A stretch of DNA of 64,000 bases. It comes from Hyaloraphidium curvatum SAG 235-1 (Eukaryota; Fungi; Monoblepharomycota). The translations under genes were made by a program, and so were the position numbers. Below are positions 49,895 through 59,767 of the stretch, piece after piece; within the stretch, counting starts at the first letter, position 1, and every line of letters starts with the position of its first letter. The stretch is taken from contig JAIVFI010000029.1 in NCBI GenBank assembly GCA_025558095.1, positions 310,001-374,000 of the forward strand, given 5' to 3'. Below the pieces are notes generated by a model that saw only the letters and a program-made list of their open reading frames with translations, made no database searches and was not told where the DNA came from.

Positions 49895-50878
49895 ATGGGA
49901 AAAGGCGGGAGCAGAGGCGGAGGCCGAGGAGCGAAGGCCCGCGACCGGGGCGCCGGGCACCGCCGCGAAAGGGAGATCCGGACAGACGCCGATATTGCCG
50001 AGTCCGAAGCCGCGAATCGCGACGGGGACTCCGGCTCCGGCAGCGATTCCGAGCCGCATGGCGGACCGCGTGAACTCTCGGTCAAGGTCGCCATGTGGGA
50101 GTTTGGACAGAACGATCCGAAACGGGACTCGGGGAGCAGGCTTTGCCGCCTGGGCTACGCGTCGCTGCTGCGGGTCGGTCAGAGCTTCGCCGGCGTGGTT
50201 CTTTCCTCGGAGGCCAAAGCCGTCGTGAGCCCTGCGGACGCGGATATTGTGGCCAAGTACGGCGTGGCGGGGGTCAACTGCTCGTGGAACCGGCTCGAGG
50301 AGGTGCCGTTCGGAACCATGGGCAAAGGACGCAACCAGAGGCTCCTGCCCTTGCTTTATGCGGCCAACTCTGTCAATTACGGTCGTCCGTTCAAGATGAA
50401 CACTGCCGAGGCAATGGCGGCGTGCCTCTACATCACGGGCTTCAAGGATGACGCCCGCGCGCTGCTATCCCCGTTCGGATACGGCGAGGAATTCCTCCGG
50501 CTGAACCACGATGCGCTGGAAGCGTACTCCAAATGCGCGTCCGGCGAAGACGTGCTGGAGCTGCAGCGGGGCTACCTTGCGGAAGCCGAACAAAAGCAAA
50601 AGGACAGGTCCGCTCGGAAAACTACGAACCAGCCGTACCTGGACGACATGGATCTGCCGCCGGACAGCGATAGCGACGAGCCTGGCGATGCGAAAAGCGA
50701 TATGGGAGGCTCCGGTGCTCCGAGCAAACAGCCGCAGTTCAACCGTGCGCGCTATCGGAATGCCAATACGGACAGCGAAACGGAGAGCGGCGATGCGGAC
50801 GGCAGGGAAGCGGAAACCGATGAGCACAGCTCTGGTATCGAAGAAGAACAATCATCAAGAAACCGACGCCATGCATAG
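49895..50878 (+). CDS. TSR3: 18S rRNA aminocarboxypropyltransferase Tsr3 (intronless)
   Basis: VSPAD, CSWNRL, RLLPLLYAANSVNYGRPFKMNTAEA, FGYGEEFLRLN. Confidence 0.93.
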   Translation: MGKGGSRGGGRGAKARDRGAGHRREREIRTDADIAESEAANRDGDSGSGSDSEPHGGPRELSVKVAMWEFGQNDPKRDSGSRLCRLGYASLLRVGQSFAGVVLSSEAKAVVSPADADIVAKYGVAGVNCSWNRLEEVPFGTMGKGRNQRLLPLLYAANSVNYGRPFKMNTAEAMAACLYITGFKDDARALLSPFGYGEEFLRLNHDALEAYSKCASGEDVLELQRGYLAEAEQKQKDRSARKTTNQPYLDDMDLPPDSDSDEPGDAKSDMGGSGAPSKQPQFNRARYRNANTDSETESGDADGREAETDEHSSGIEEEQSSRNRRHA

Positions 50879-50910
50879 AGGGCCACGTTTCCTCGCTTCG
50901 TTGCACCGCC

Positions 50911-52255
50911 TCAACGAGTGCCGCTCCCGTTGCCCTGTCCCTGGCTGGTCGAAGACAGCAGCGCATAGATGGGGATGGCCTCGAGATTGTAGTCTCCGCC
51001 GCGCATTTGCTCCATGGCCGCATCGCTGTTGAAGGTGGCCCGCGCACGTTCCACCTCGTTGGCCGGAACAACGAGCCAGACGTAGGGAGGAACCGACCCC
51101 TGCGTAGGAGTGAGCGCTCCTCTCGGGCGCTCCGCAGCTTGGTGAGGGAGGCTTACGTCGGCAGAAGCTCCTATGGGACCCGCCGCGGGATACCTCCAGA
51201 GTACCGGGGTGGAGCCTGTGATCTGATCGGACGACCAGTCGCGGACCTGGTTCCGAGCTTTCCCGGTTGCTTCGGAACGATCGCCTGGCGACGTCATGTT
51301 GGAACGATCGCCTGCCGACGTCATGTTGCGGAACTCGGCAAGCGCTCTGGCGACGTCGCGATCGATCGGGTTTATCGGTTCGAGGTAATCGTCCGTGCCG
51401 TTCATCTCGCTGTCGTCGGCAGAGAAAGCCTCGGAGAAAGACGAGTTTGGCTCGCTGAGCGGAGTCTCTCCGGTCCACGCCCGATTCGTCGTGGCCAAGT
51501 TGAAGTAGCTGGTAGCGGGATCGGTGGATAGATGCTCGGCCGGATTGTCGCTCAAAAGGGGCTCGAGCAGATGGTTCAGGCCGAACCTCTCTGCGATCGC
51601 CTTGGCACGGTGCAACGGGATCCTGCAAAAGAGCTTAGCGAACGATTACGCCTGCGATCTTGTCGACTCACCAGACGCCCTTGACGTTCATGTTCCCGGT
51701 CCTCACAATCTGATTAGGGAGAGGTTGGATGCGAGATCGCGCACACCCGCGGTACACTCGCCTGCTTCTCAACTTCGTTCTTCAAAGCACCATCCCTGCG
51801 ACCCCTCGTGAGACCCTGCGGGTCGGCAGGGGGTTAGAATTCGGCGCTAGCCGTTGCGATCGAGAACCAACGGCGAGGTTGAGGAGTTTCGTCCCATTTA
51901 TGAACGAGTTATCTGTCCTCCGCGCGACGACGGTGTTGTTGACGTGCAGCAGGTACAATTGCAGTCTCTCGTCGTCCCAGTATCCCATGGAAAGGATTGG
52001 GGGCGACGGGCTCGTGCGTTGCGACGGCGGGCTTCCCACGGTGCGTGGCCCGCTCGGCGTCCCGGCATGCTGCTGTTGCACGGGCCAAATGGGTCCGCCG
52101 AGACTGCTGCCACCGAGACTGCTTCCACCGAGGCCGTTTCCACCGGCCAGCATGACGTCGGCGGGCAGCGAATGGCGCCGGTCGACGGGCACTTGTTCGC
52201 TGAGCTGGCGCTCCACCGGCAGGCCCGGAGACGACGCGCGGCGGAAGCCCTCCAT
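50911..52255 (-). CDS. StuA/Sok2-type APSES transcription factor; start uncertain
   Basis: WDDERLQLY..VARRTDNSFINGTKLLNLA, RRDG, KGVW|IPLHRAKAIA..LEPL. Confidence 0.85.
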
Positions 52256-53132
52256 GCCGACGGCACTACGAGTTGTCTGGCTCGCGTGCTAGTGCTGCAT
52301 GATGTGCAGGAACGCCGCCGGCTCTTTTGTGCGGAAGCGGCAGGAGCTGTGGTGCAGGTGAATCATCACCAACATCGCGGCTTTCGTCCCGATCTCTCCG
52401 ACCACCACGTATTCTAGCTCAACACATCTCAAAACCATCACGCAGACCTTGCCCATAAGCGTCTACATCCATCCCGTGTCCAAGCTACGCGTAGATCGTA
52501 TTCGACAGCCTCCCGCTCGCGAAGCATCGCGACTCGACGAAGCAGCGGCCCAACGATTCAAGTTCGGTCCTCGCGGAGCCCTCTTCAATCAAACTCCTCA
52601 CAAAGCCCGCCGCCGCCTCGTAAACCTGGCAAGTAGACAGGAATAACCCGAAGGTGATTGCGGAGCAACTGTCAGAAATCGGAAAGGGTCAGCTCCCGGA
52701 CAGAAGTGTCCAGCCGTCGAGATCCCACTAGAGGCATGGTCGATGCTGGACAAACATGGCGAGAATCGCAGACAAGACGAGGAAACTCGGTGCAGAAGGA
52801 AAAGGGAGGATGAAGAAGACCAGGAACCCTGTCGCGGGGCGAAAGCCAGTCAGAGGTGAAATCTTCGAAGAGCTCCCGTGGGTGTCCGACATTGTAGACA
52901 GTACATGGTCCCTCGGACAATGGTCTCCAGGTTCCGGGGTGCGCGTTCCACCTGACTGCCCCAGTCGCTCTCTGGCGGCCCCTACAGCAGCGATCTCATC
53001 GTACGAGAAACATCGAGGAGAACAAGTGCAGGAGCGTCAACTGCAGGAGGTTCGTCTAGGAACCGTAGAATCGTTGGAGGAAGTTCAATCGTCCGTGATC
53101 GCGAGACCGCTGCGGCGCCGCCCACGCAAAAG

Positions 53133-55872
53133 ATGGCGGGCGACCAGGAGCTAGCAAGCGCGGCGAGGCGCATGACCGTTGTTCAGCTGAAAGCTCAGCT
53201 GCAGGAACGGGGACTTTCGACGTCGGGCAAGAAGGACGACCTCCTGCATCGCCTTTTGGAGCACCTGGAGAACGGGGCGGAGGAGGCCCCGAACGGAGAC
53301 GACGGACCTTCCGGAGACGAAGCGAACGAAGGTGCCGAAGAGCCTGGCCCCGCAAATGTGGGCGATGATGCCCATCGCGGTGGTGAAACCCCGAAGAAGC
53401 GGAAACGGGGCTCAGAGGAGGGCAACCATTCTGGCTCCGAGTCGGAGCCCGATGCAAGGAAACGGACATCTAGATCGGAAAATGAGGACGAGATTGGTGC
53501 GGAGGAGCCAGTAGGCCAAGGCTCTGGGCCGGCGGACGCGGGGCATGAAAGCGGGGATGTGTCGGGAGACGACGTCGGGCCGTCGTTCGAGCTTATGGGG
53601 GCCGGGGGTGGTGCTGCTGCGGACGAAGATGACATGGACATTGGGCCCGTGCCTGGACCAGCTGCGGCACAGGAGAATGCTCGGCGAAAGCAACGAAGTA
53701 GGTTCTGCGCCCGACTTTCAAGGTCTCTTCATGACCCGTTTCCAGCATTGCGCTTCGAGAAGCTCTACCTGGACCATCTACCAGACGCCGAAATGTATGA
53801 GCGGTCTCTCATGCACCGCGATGTGGTCAACTTTGTCCAGGTTTCAAAGTGGGTCGAGCGAGTCTTCCTATCAGGCGTTCCTCACCCCGTATGTAGAACC
53901 GACTTCATCATCACGACATCGATCGACGGCCACGTCAAGTTCTGGAAAAAGACGGAGCGCGGCATCGAGTTCGTGAAGCACTACCGGGCACACTTGGGCG
54001 CCGTGATCGCGCTGGACGTGAGCTTCGACGGCACCTTGCTGGCCACCGTGGGCGTGGACAAGTTCCTCAAGGTCTTCGACGTAGTCAATTTTGGTCTGTC
54101 TCCTCGTCATGTCTGTGTCCCCGTATGGTTCACTCACCGACACCTCCCAACCAACCAGACATGATCAACATGATCAAGCTTGACTTTGCCCCCCGGACAG
54201 CATGTTGGACCTATGAGCGCGCACAAGCGCGGCCGACGATTGCCATTTCGGACAGGGAATCGTCTGCAATCCACATCTTTGACGCGCGGGCCGAGAGCGA
54301 CAGCGGCCCTTTGCACACCGTGACGACGGTTCATTCGCAACCAGTGTGCGTGATGAGGTACAACCCCGTCGCGCGGGTTGTGGTCAGCGTGGACGACGGT
54401 GGCAATGTGGAGTACTGGCTGCCGCGGGAGGAGATGGAGTTCGCGCCCCCGAAGCCGCCGGTCGTTTCGTGGGAGTTCAAGGCCGACACGGACCTCTACG
54501 AGTTCCGCAAATCCAAGACAGTCCCGACCTCGCTCAACTTTTCCCCGGACTACTCCCACTTTGTCACCACCGGGTTCGGCGACCGCCAGATCCGCATCTT
54601 CAACTTCGCGACGGCCAAGATGACCCGCAAGTACGACGAGAGCCTGCAGTCCATCTCCGAGATGCAGCAGGCCGGCACGGCGTACTACACGCTGGACGAC
54701 ATGGAGTTTGGCCGACGGTTCGCGCTCGAGCGCGAGATCGAAAAGAACCCGACCATGGGGCAGGCGGCTACCATGAACGCCGGTGGGGCGGACCGTGGCT
54801 GCATGCGAACATTAGTCCTGGGGTCTAATCGCGCTGTTCAGTTTTCGACGAGACGGGCAACTTCGTGCTGTATCCCACCCTCCTCGGGATCAAGGTCGTC
54901 AACATCCGCACCAACAAAGTCGCCCGGATCATTGGCAAAGGGGAGACGATCCGCTTCATGAACATCTGCCTTTACCAAGGTGCACCGGTGGACAAGAAGC
55001 TCGTCACTCTGGTGGGCTGAGGCATCGCGCATGCTCGTTTCTGTGCTCACCACGTGCCTTCAGGAAATGGCCGCGTCCGAGAACCCGCTCTTCAAGGACT
55101 CGGGCAACACGGACCCCACCGTCTTTTGCACGGCATACAAGCGTAATCGCTTCTACCTGTTCTCGCGGCGGGAACCCGAGTCGGCGGACGACGCACCCGG
55201 CGGCAGCGGCCGCGACATCTTCAACGAGAAGCCCTCGAGGGAAGACCAGGTCGTGGCGCAGTTTGCCGCGCAGACGGCCAAGCAGAGCCTGGGCTCCAGC
55301 GCGATCCTCCGGACGACGGTCGGGGACATCCACATCCGGCTCTTCCCCGAGTTTGCGCCCAAGGCGGTGGAGAATTTTGTCGGGCTGGCCAAGAAGGGCT
55401 ACTACGACAACCTCACGTTCCACCGGGTGATCAAGAACTTTATGATCCAGACGGGATGCCCGTTCGGGGACGGGACCGGCGGCGAGAGCGTGTGGGGCAA
55501 CGATTTCGAGGACGAGTAAGTTTCTCGGCCAGTACAGGAAACCGCACGTCTGACGGAGAGTCGCCGCTGCAGGTTCAACAAGGCTGTGAAGCACGACCGT
55601 CCCTACACGGTCAGCATGGCCAACGCCGGGCCCAATACCAACGCCAGCCAGTTCTTTATCACTGTCGTCCCCACGGTAAGCAGCCACGGTTCGTGGCCCG
55701 CCGAGACCCGCCTAAACATGATCCGCGACAGCCCTGGCTTGACAACAAGCACACGATCTTCGGCCGCGCGACCGCTGGCTTCGACGTGATCCACAAGATC
55801 GAGGGGGTGAAGGTGGACCGTCACGAGAAGCCGTTGGAGGCGATCCGGATCATGGGCATCGAGGTCCGATGA
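53133..55872 (+). CDS. PPWD1: WD40-cyclophilin PPWD1/Cyp15 with an N-terminal SAP motif
   Basis: [73 protein letters not shown]. Confidence 0.93.
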
Positions 55873-56029
55873 TAGAGCCATTCGGCCCGAGAGTTTCCAG
55901 ATCCTCGTCGCTCGTCCGGCGGTCTGCTGACCGTTGTGGTCTCTGGCTCCGCGGCTCAATCCAGAATCCATGGTCTACGGTCGAATCCCCGACCCCGCCG
56001 TGTTCACCGATACCGGTGAAACACGGTGC

Positions 56030-56377
56030 TCAGTCCCGCAGCCTGCAGCTCCTTCTCATCCCCCTTGACGCCACCAGAGGAGATGAGGTTCCTCGCATAG
56101 GCCCTCAGAACGTCATTCGAGGCCTCCGCGGAAGCTATCTCCTTCTCCAGATCCGACGACTTCTTTGCCCAATCTGCAGAGCTGCGGTGTCAGTCGACGC
56201 GACGGGGCGACAGGCGGGCGGGGGTACCTTTAAGCAGGCGCTGGAGACGGAGCACCTCGCTGGCAACGCGTCAGGACGCGTTACGGCCGCAGTCGAGGCG
56301 ACTTACGCGACGAGCTTCTCCTTCTCTGCTGGATTCTCGGCGACGGAGCCGCCTGCGAGCTCCGCGAGGTCGTCCAT
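56030..56377 (-). CDS. Short coiled-coil protein (SCOC/Slo1, DUF2205-like); missed by the ORF track
   Basis: Three exons joined by GT-AG introns give MDDL..EKEKLVAEVLRLQRLLKDW..NDVLRAYARNLIS. Confidence 0.6.
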
Positions 56378-56466
56378 CGCGGTCGTGTTTGAGCGGCGCG
56401 CGACCACTACAACACGCGACGTCTGTCACCCACTCCGTCTCACCCGCATCCGCACTTTCTCCGGCC

Positions 56467-57143
56467 ATGTCGAACCTGCAGATCTCCCCATCGGGCATCG
56501 GTGCGCCGCGTCCCGCGCCCGCCGCGCCGCGCTGACGCCCCCCGAGCCGCGGCGACGATCGGCCAGACGCTCGCGGGCTTCATCGTCTACGGCCCCCTCT
56601 TCGCGTCGCAGTGGGTCGCGGCCATGAAGAAGGTGCTCCCCGCTCCGCCCGTGGGCCTGGGAGACCCGCGCTGACCCCCGGCCGCAGGAGAAGGGCGACA
56701 CCTTCCTCTCGGAGAAGCCCAAACCGCAGCAGTACGGCACGCAGGTGGCGATATCCATCGCCATGGACGCGCTCAAGGTGCCGTCCTCCGCCCGTTGCGC
56801 GCGTTTCCCGGGCCGGGGCTGACCTCCCGCGAGGCGTACATCCTCGCGAGGTTCCTGCGGAGGCTGGACGCCAGGGACATGGAGAGGACGCTCAAGGTGA
56901 CGTTCTACATGTGGTTGGGACTCACGGCGCCGGCCGTCGCCGGGGAAGTGGGTGTTTGGCGCGGCGGGAGGGTGCGGGGGGGTGCTGACCTGGCACCGGA
57001 AGATCATCTGGGAGGACCGGCCGGTGACGCTCGTCGGCATGCGCGCTCTCAACGGACTGCTGGGGTCTTTGGTCGGCGCGGCGATACTCTACAAGACGCA
57101 GGTGGGGTCGGACGGCCGGTTTCGGGGGAGTGAGGCGTCCTAA
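56467..57143 (+). CDS. DUF1761-like small membrane protein (5 exons)
   Basis: The spliced product reads ..TLAGFIVYGPLFASQWVAAM..AYILARFL..WLGLT..IIWEDRP. Confidence 0.7.
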
Positions 57144-57311
57144 TCGTGCCCAAATCACGCGACAGGCGTATTGATTCCTCAATGAGCCGGCACATCCATG
57201 AATCTAGCAATGTGGCATGCAAAGATATCTTTTTCGACCCAATGATCCACTCGTCCAGCCGTTCAGCCGGCACGTCCGCGTCCAGAATGGCTGAAGCTGA
57301 TCAAAGAAAGG

Positions 57312-58172
57312 CTAGTCCTCGGGCTCTTCCAGCCCGTCCTCGGCGTTGTAGATGTCTGCGGCGACACGGCAAGATCAGAACAATCGTCCGCACCACATAT
57401 CAGCTGGAGGGAACCCACCGATTTCCAGGCCAAAGTCCTCTTCGATTCCCTCGAGCGCCTTCTCCAGTTCCGGCACCCGTTCCACCGTCAGATCGGCTCT
57501 GGCCACCATGCTAAAGAGCTTGAACCCTGCAAAAGGTGCTTCTCTGACTTGGGTCTCGATCGAGGTCAGGTTGCCGACCTCGGAGACGGCGGCGGTGATA
57601 GCCGAGACTGGGGCGTGGAAACCGGAGATATGAGGCAAAATGAACCAATCTGGCCGCGAAAAGAACTCACCAATGCCAACGCTGTCGGGACCGTCAACGG
57701 CAATCTCGTACGGAGCCGTTGCGGGGTCGTGCAGCGCCGCCGAAGGGCTGTCCGTCAGCGTTGAGTGGATCTGGAACCCCGGGAACGCGTCCGCCACGGC
57801 CTTCTTGAAGATTTCGAACTGGGCCCCGCGCAGGCTGACCAGCATGATGATGGCGAAGGTGCCGCCCAGCCGGCTCATCCTGCTCTCCTCGACGTTTGCT
57901 CCCAACTTTGCCAGCACGGCGGAAAAGTCGCGGACGATGCCCCGCCTGTCCTGGCCCATGAGGGAGACCACGGCAAACGGCCCGCTGTCGGCAGAGCTCT
58001 GCGAGCTGAAGAGGCGCGCCGATGCGGGGGCGAGGTGCGCCGCGGGGGCGGAGGGAGGGACGCGCGGGAGGCGCGCCAGCAGCGCGGCGGGCGCGGGGGC
58101 CGCGCGGATCGGCAAGGAAATGGCCCCGGCGAGGCGCGAGAGCGCCCGCGGGGCGCGGACGGCGGCGAGCAT
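57312..58172 (-). CDS. GcvR-like tandem ACT-domain protein with a putative mitochondrial presequence
   Basis: VSLMGQDRRGIV..GANVEESRMSRLGGTFAIIMLV; second ACT GPDSVGI|V..NLTSIET..APFAG..LFSM; N-terminus MLAAVR..RLFSS. Confidence 0.82.
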
Positions 58173-58339
58173 GTCCGTGCGACGGGTCGGAGGCGCGGGG
58201 GGTCGGCGATCGGACGCGTCGCGGGTATCGTAATCGCGGGCACAAACAGACGGCCATCGGCGCCCGAGCAGCCGTCGCGGCGGCCCGTCCTCACTTCTGT
58301 GCCTCGCAGGCAACCCGCCTCTCTGAAGGGCGAGGCGCG

Positions 58340-59711
58340 ATGGCGCTGAGGACGGCGCTGAACGGCGCGTCGCGGGCCATGAAGGAGCTGTACCCGGCCA
58401 TCGAGCCGCACGCCTCCGGCTTCCTCCCCTGCGACGCGCATTCAATCTACTACGAGGTCGTCGGCAACCCGCGCGGAGCCCCCGTGCTCTTTGGTGCGCC
58501 GGACGCGCGTGCCGATCCCCCCGCCCTGATCCCCTGCCCCCCACGCGCCCACCAGTCCACGGCGGACCCGGCGGCGGCATCGGCCCGGACGACAGGCGGT
58601 ATTTCAACAGCTCGATCTACAAGGTCGTCCTGTTCGACCAGCGCGGCGCTGGCAAGTCCAAGCCGGCCGCGTCGGTCGAGGACAACACGACGTGGAAGCT
58701 GGTCCAGGACATGGAGCGGCTGCGGGAGCACCTGAAGATCGAAAAGTGGATCCTGTTTGGGGGCTCGTGGGGCTCGACGCTGAGCCTGACCTACGCCATC
58801 AACCACCCGGAGCGAACGGCTGCGGTGGGAATTCGGAGCTGCCTGCCAACGGGCCCGACTGACGCGACTTCTGCCCCAGCTCGCCCTCCGGGGCATCTTC
58901 TTGCTTCGTGACTCCGAGATTCGATGGTTTGTAGCACTCCCAGTACAGTCTCCTGGCGGACGGTCGAGTAATCACGTGGTACAGGTTCTACGAGAAGGGC
59001 GGGGCGCAGCACCTCTTCCCCGACTTTTTCGACGAGTACATGGAGGCCGTCCCGGAGGCAGAGCGGGATAACCTCGTGCTGGCGTACCACAAGCGGCTGG
59101 CGGGCCCGGAGGGCGAGGAGCGGGACAAGGGTTGGTCTCGAACGCGGTGCAGAAGGGCGCGGGACTGACTTGCCGCCCCGCAGCTGCCAAGGCCTGGTCC
59201 AAGTGGGAATGCGCCACCTCCCGCCTCCTCGTGGACGAGCAGCTCGTCCGCAAGGCCGAGAACCCCTCCTGGGCCCTGTCGTTTGCCTGCATCGAGAACC
59301 ACTACTTTGTCAACCGCGGCTTCTTCCCCACCCCGAACTACATCCTCGACAACGTCAAGAGGATACGGGAACACGGCATCCCGGGCATCATCGTGCAGGG
59401 GAGGTACGACGTAGTATGCCCGTCAACATCAGCTTGGGGTTCGTTACGGATGTTCCAGGTGCTGCGAAGGAAGCTGACTGCTTTCGCAGAACTCCACAAG
59501 GCGTGGCCTGAAGCTGAATTCCACATCGTCCCGGACGCCGGCCACTCTGCAAAGGTGCGCTGCAGCACTGGCTGCCACGACCGTCCGCTGACGTGCTACC
59601 GCTCCTTGGCGCGCCCCAAAACAGGAACTCGGGACAAGACACCTCCTCGTCGATTTTATGGACAGACTGTCCGCTAACATCCCTTTGATCCGATCTCTGT
59701 CGATGCAGTAG
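58340..59711 (+). CDS. Proline iminopeptidase (S33 alpha/beta hydrolase)
   Basis: LYPAIEP, HGGPGGG, FDQRGAGKS, NTTW, FGGSWGSTL, LRGIF, IENHYF, VQGRYDVVCP, DAGHS. Confidence 0.95.
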
Positions 59712-59767
59712 CCACAAGTAGAAGGAAGCTAGAGCACGGATGCCGGAGCACCCCGAGATGCCGTCCA

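Noticed and set aside
56466-56469. Overlapping divergent start codons in a CATG palindrome
   Set aside because: It would need an atypically short 37-nt intron; ATG 56377 is the simpler start for the SCOC-like gene.
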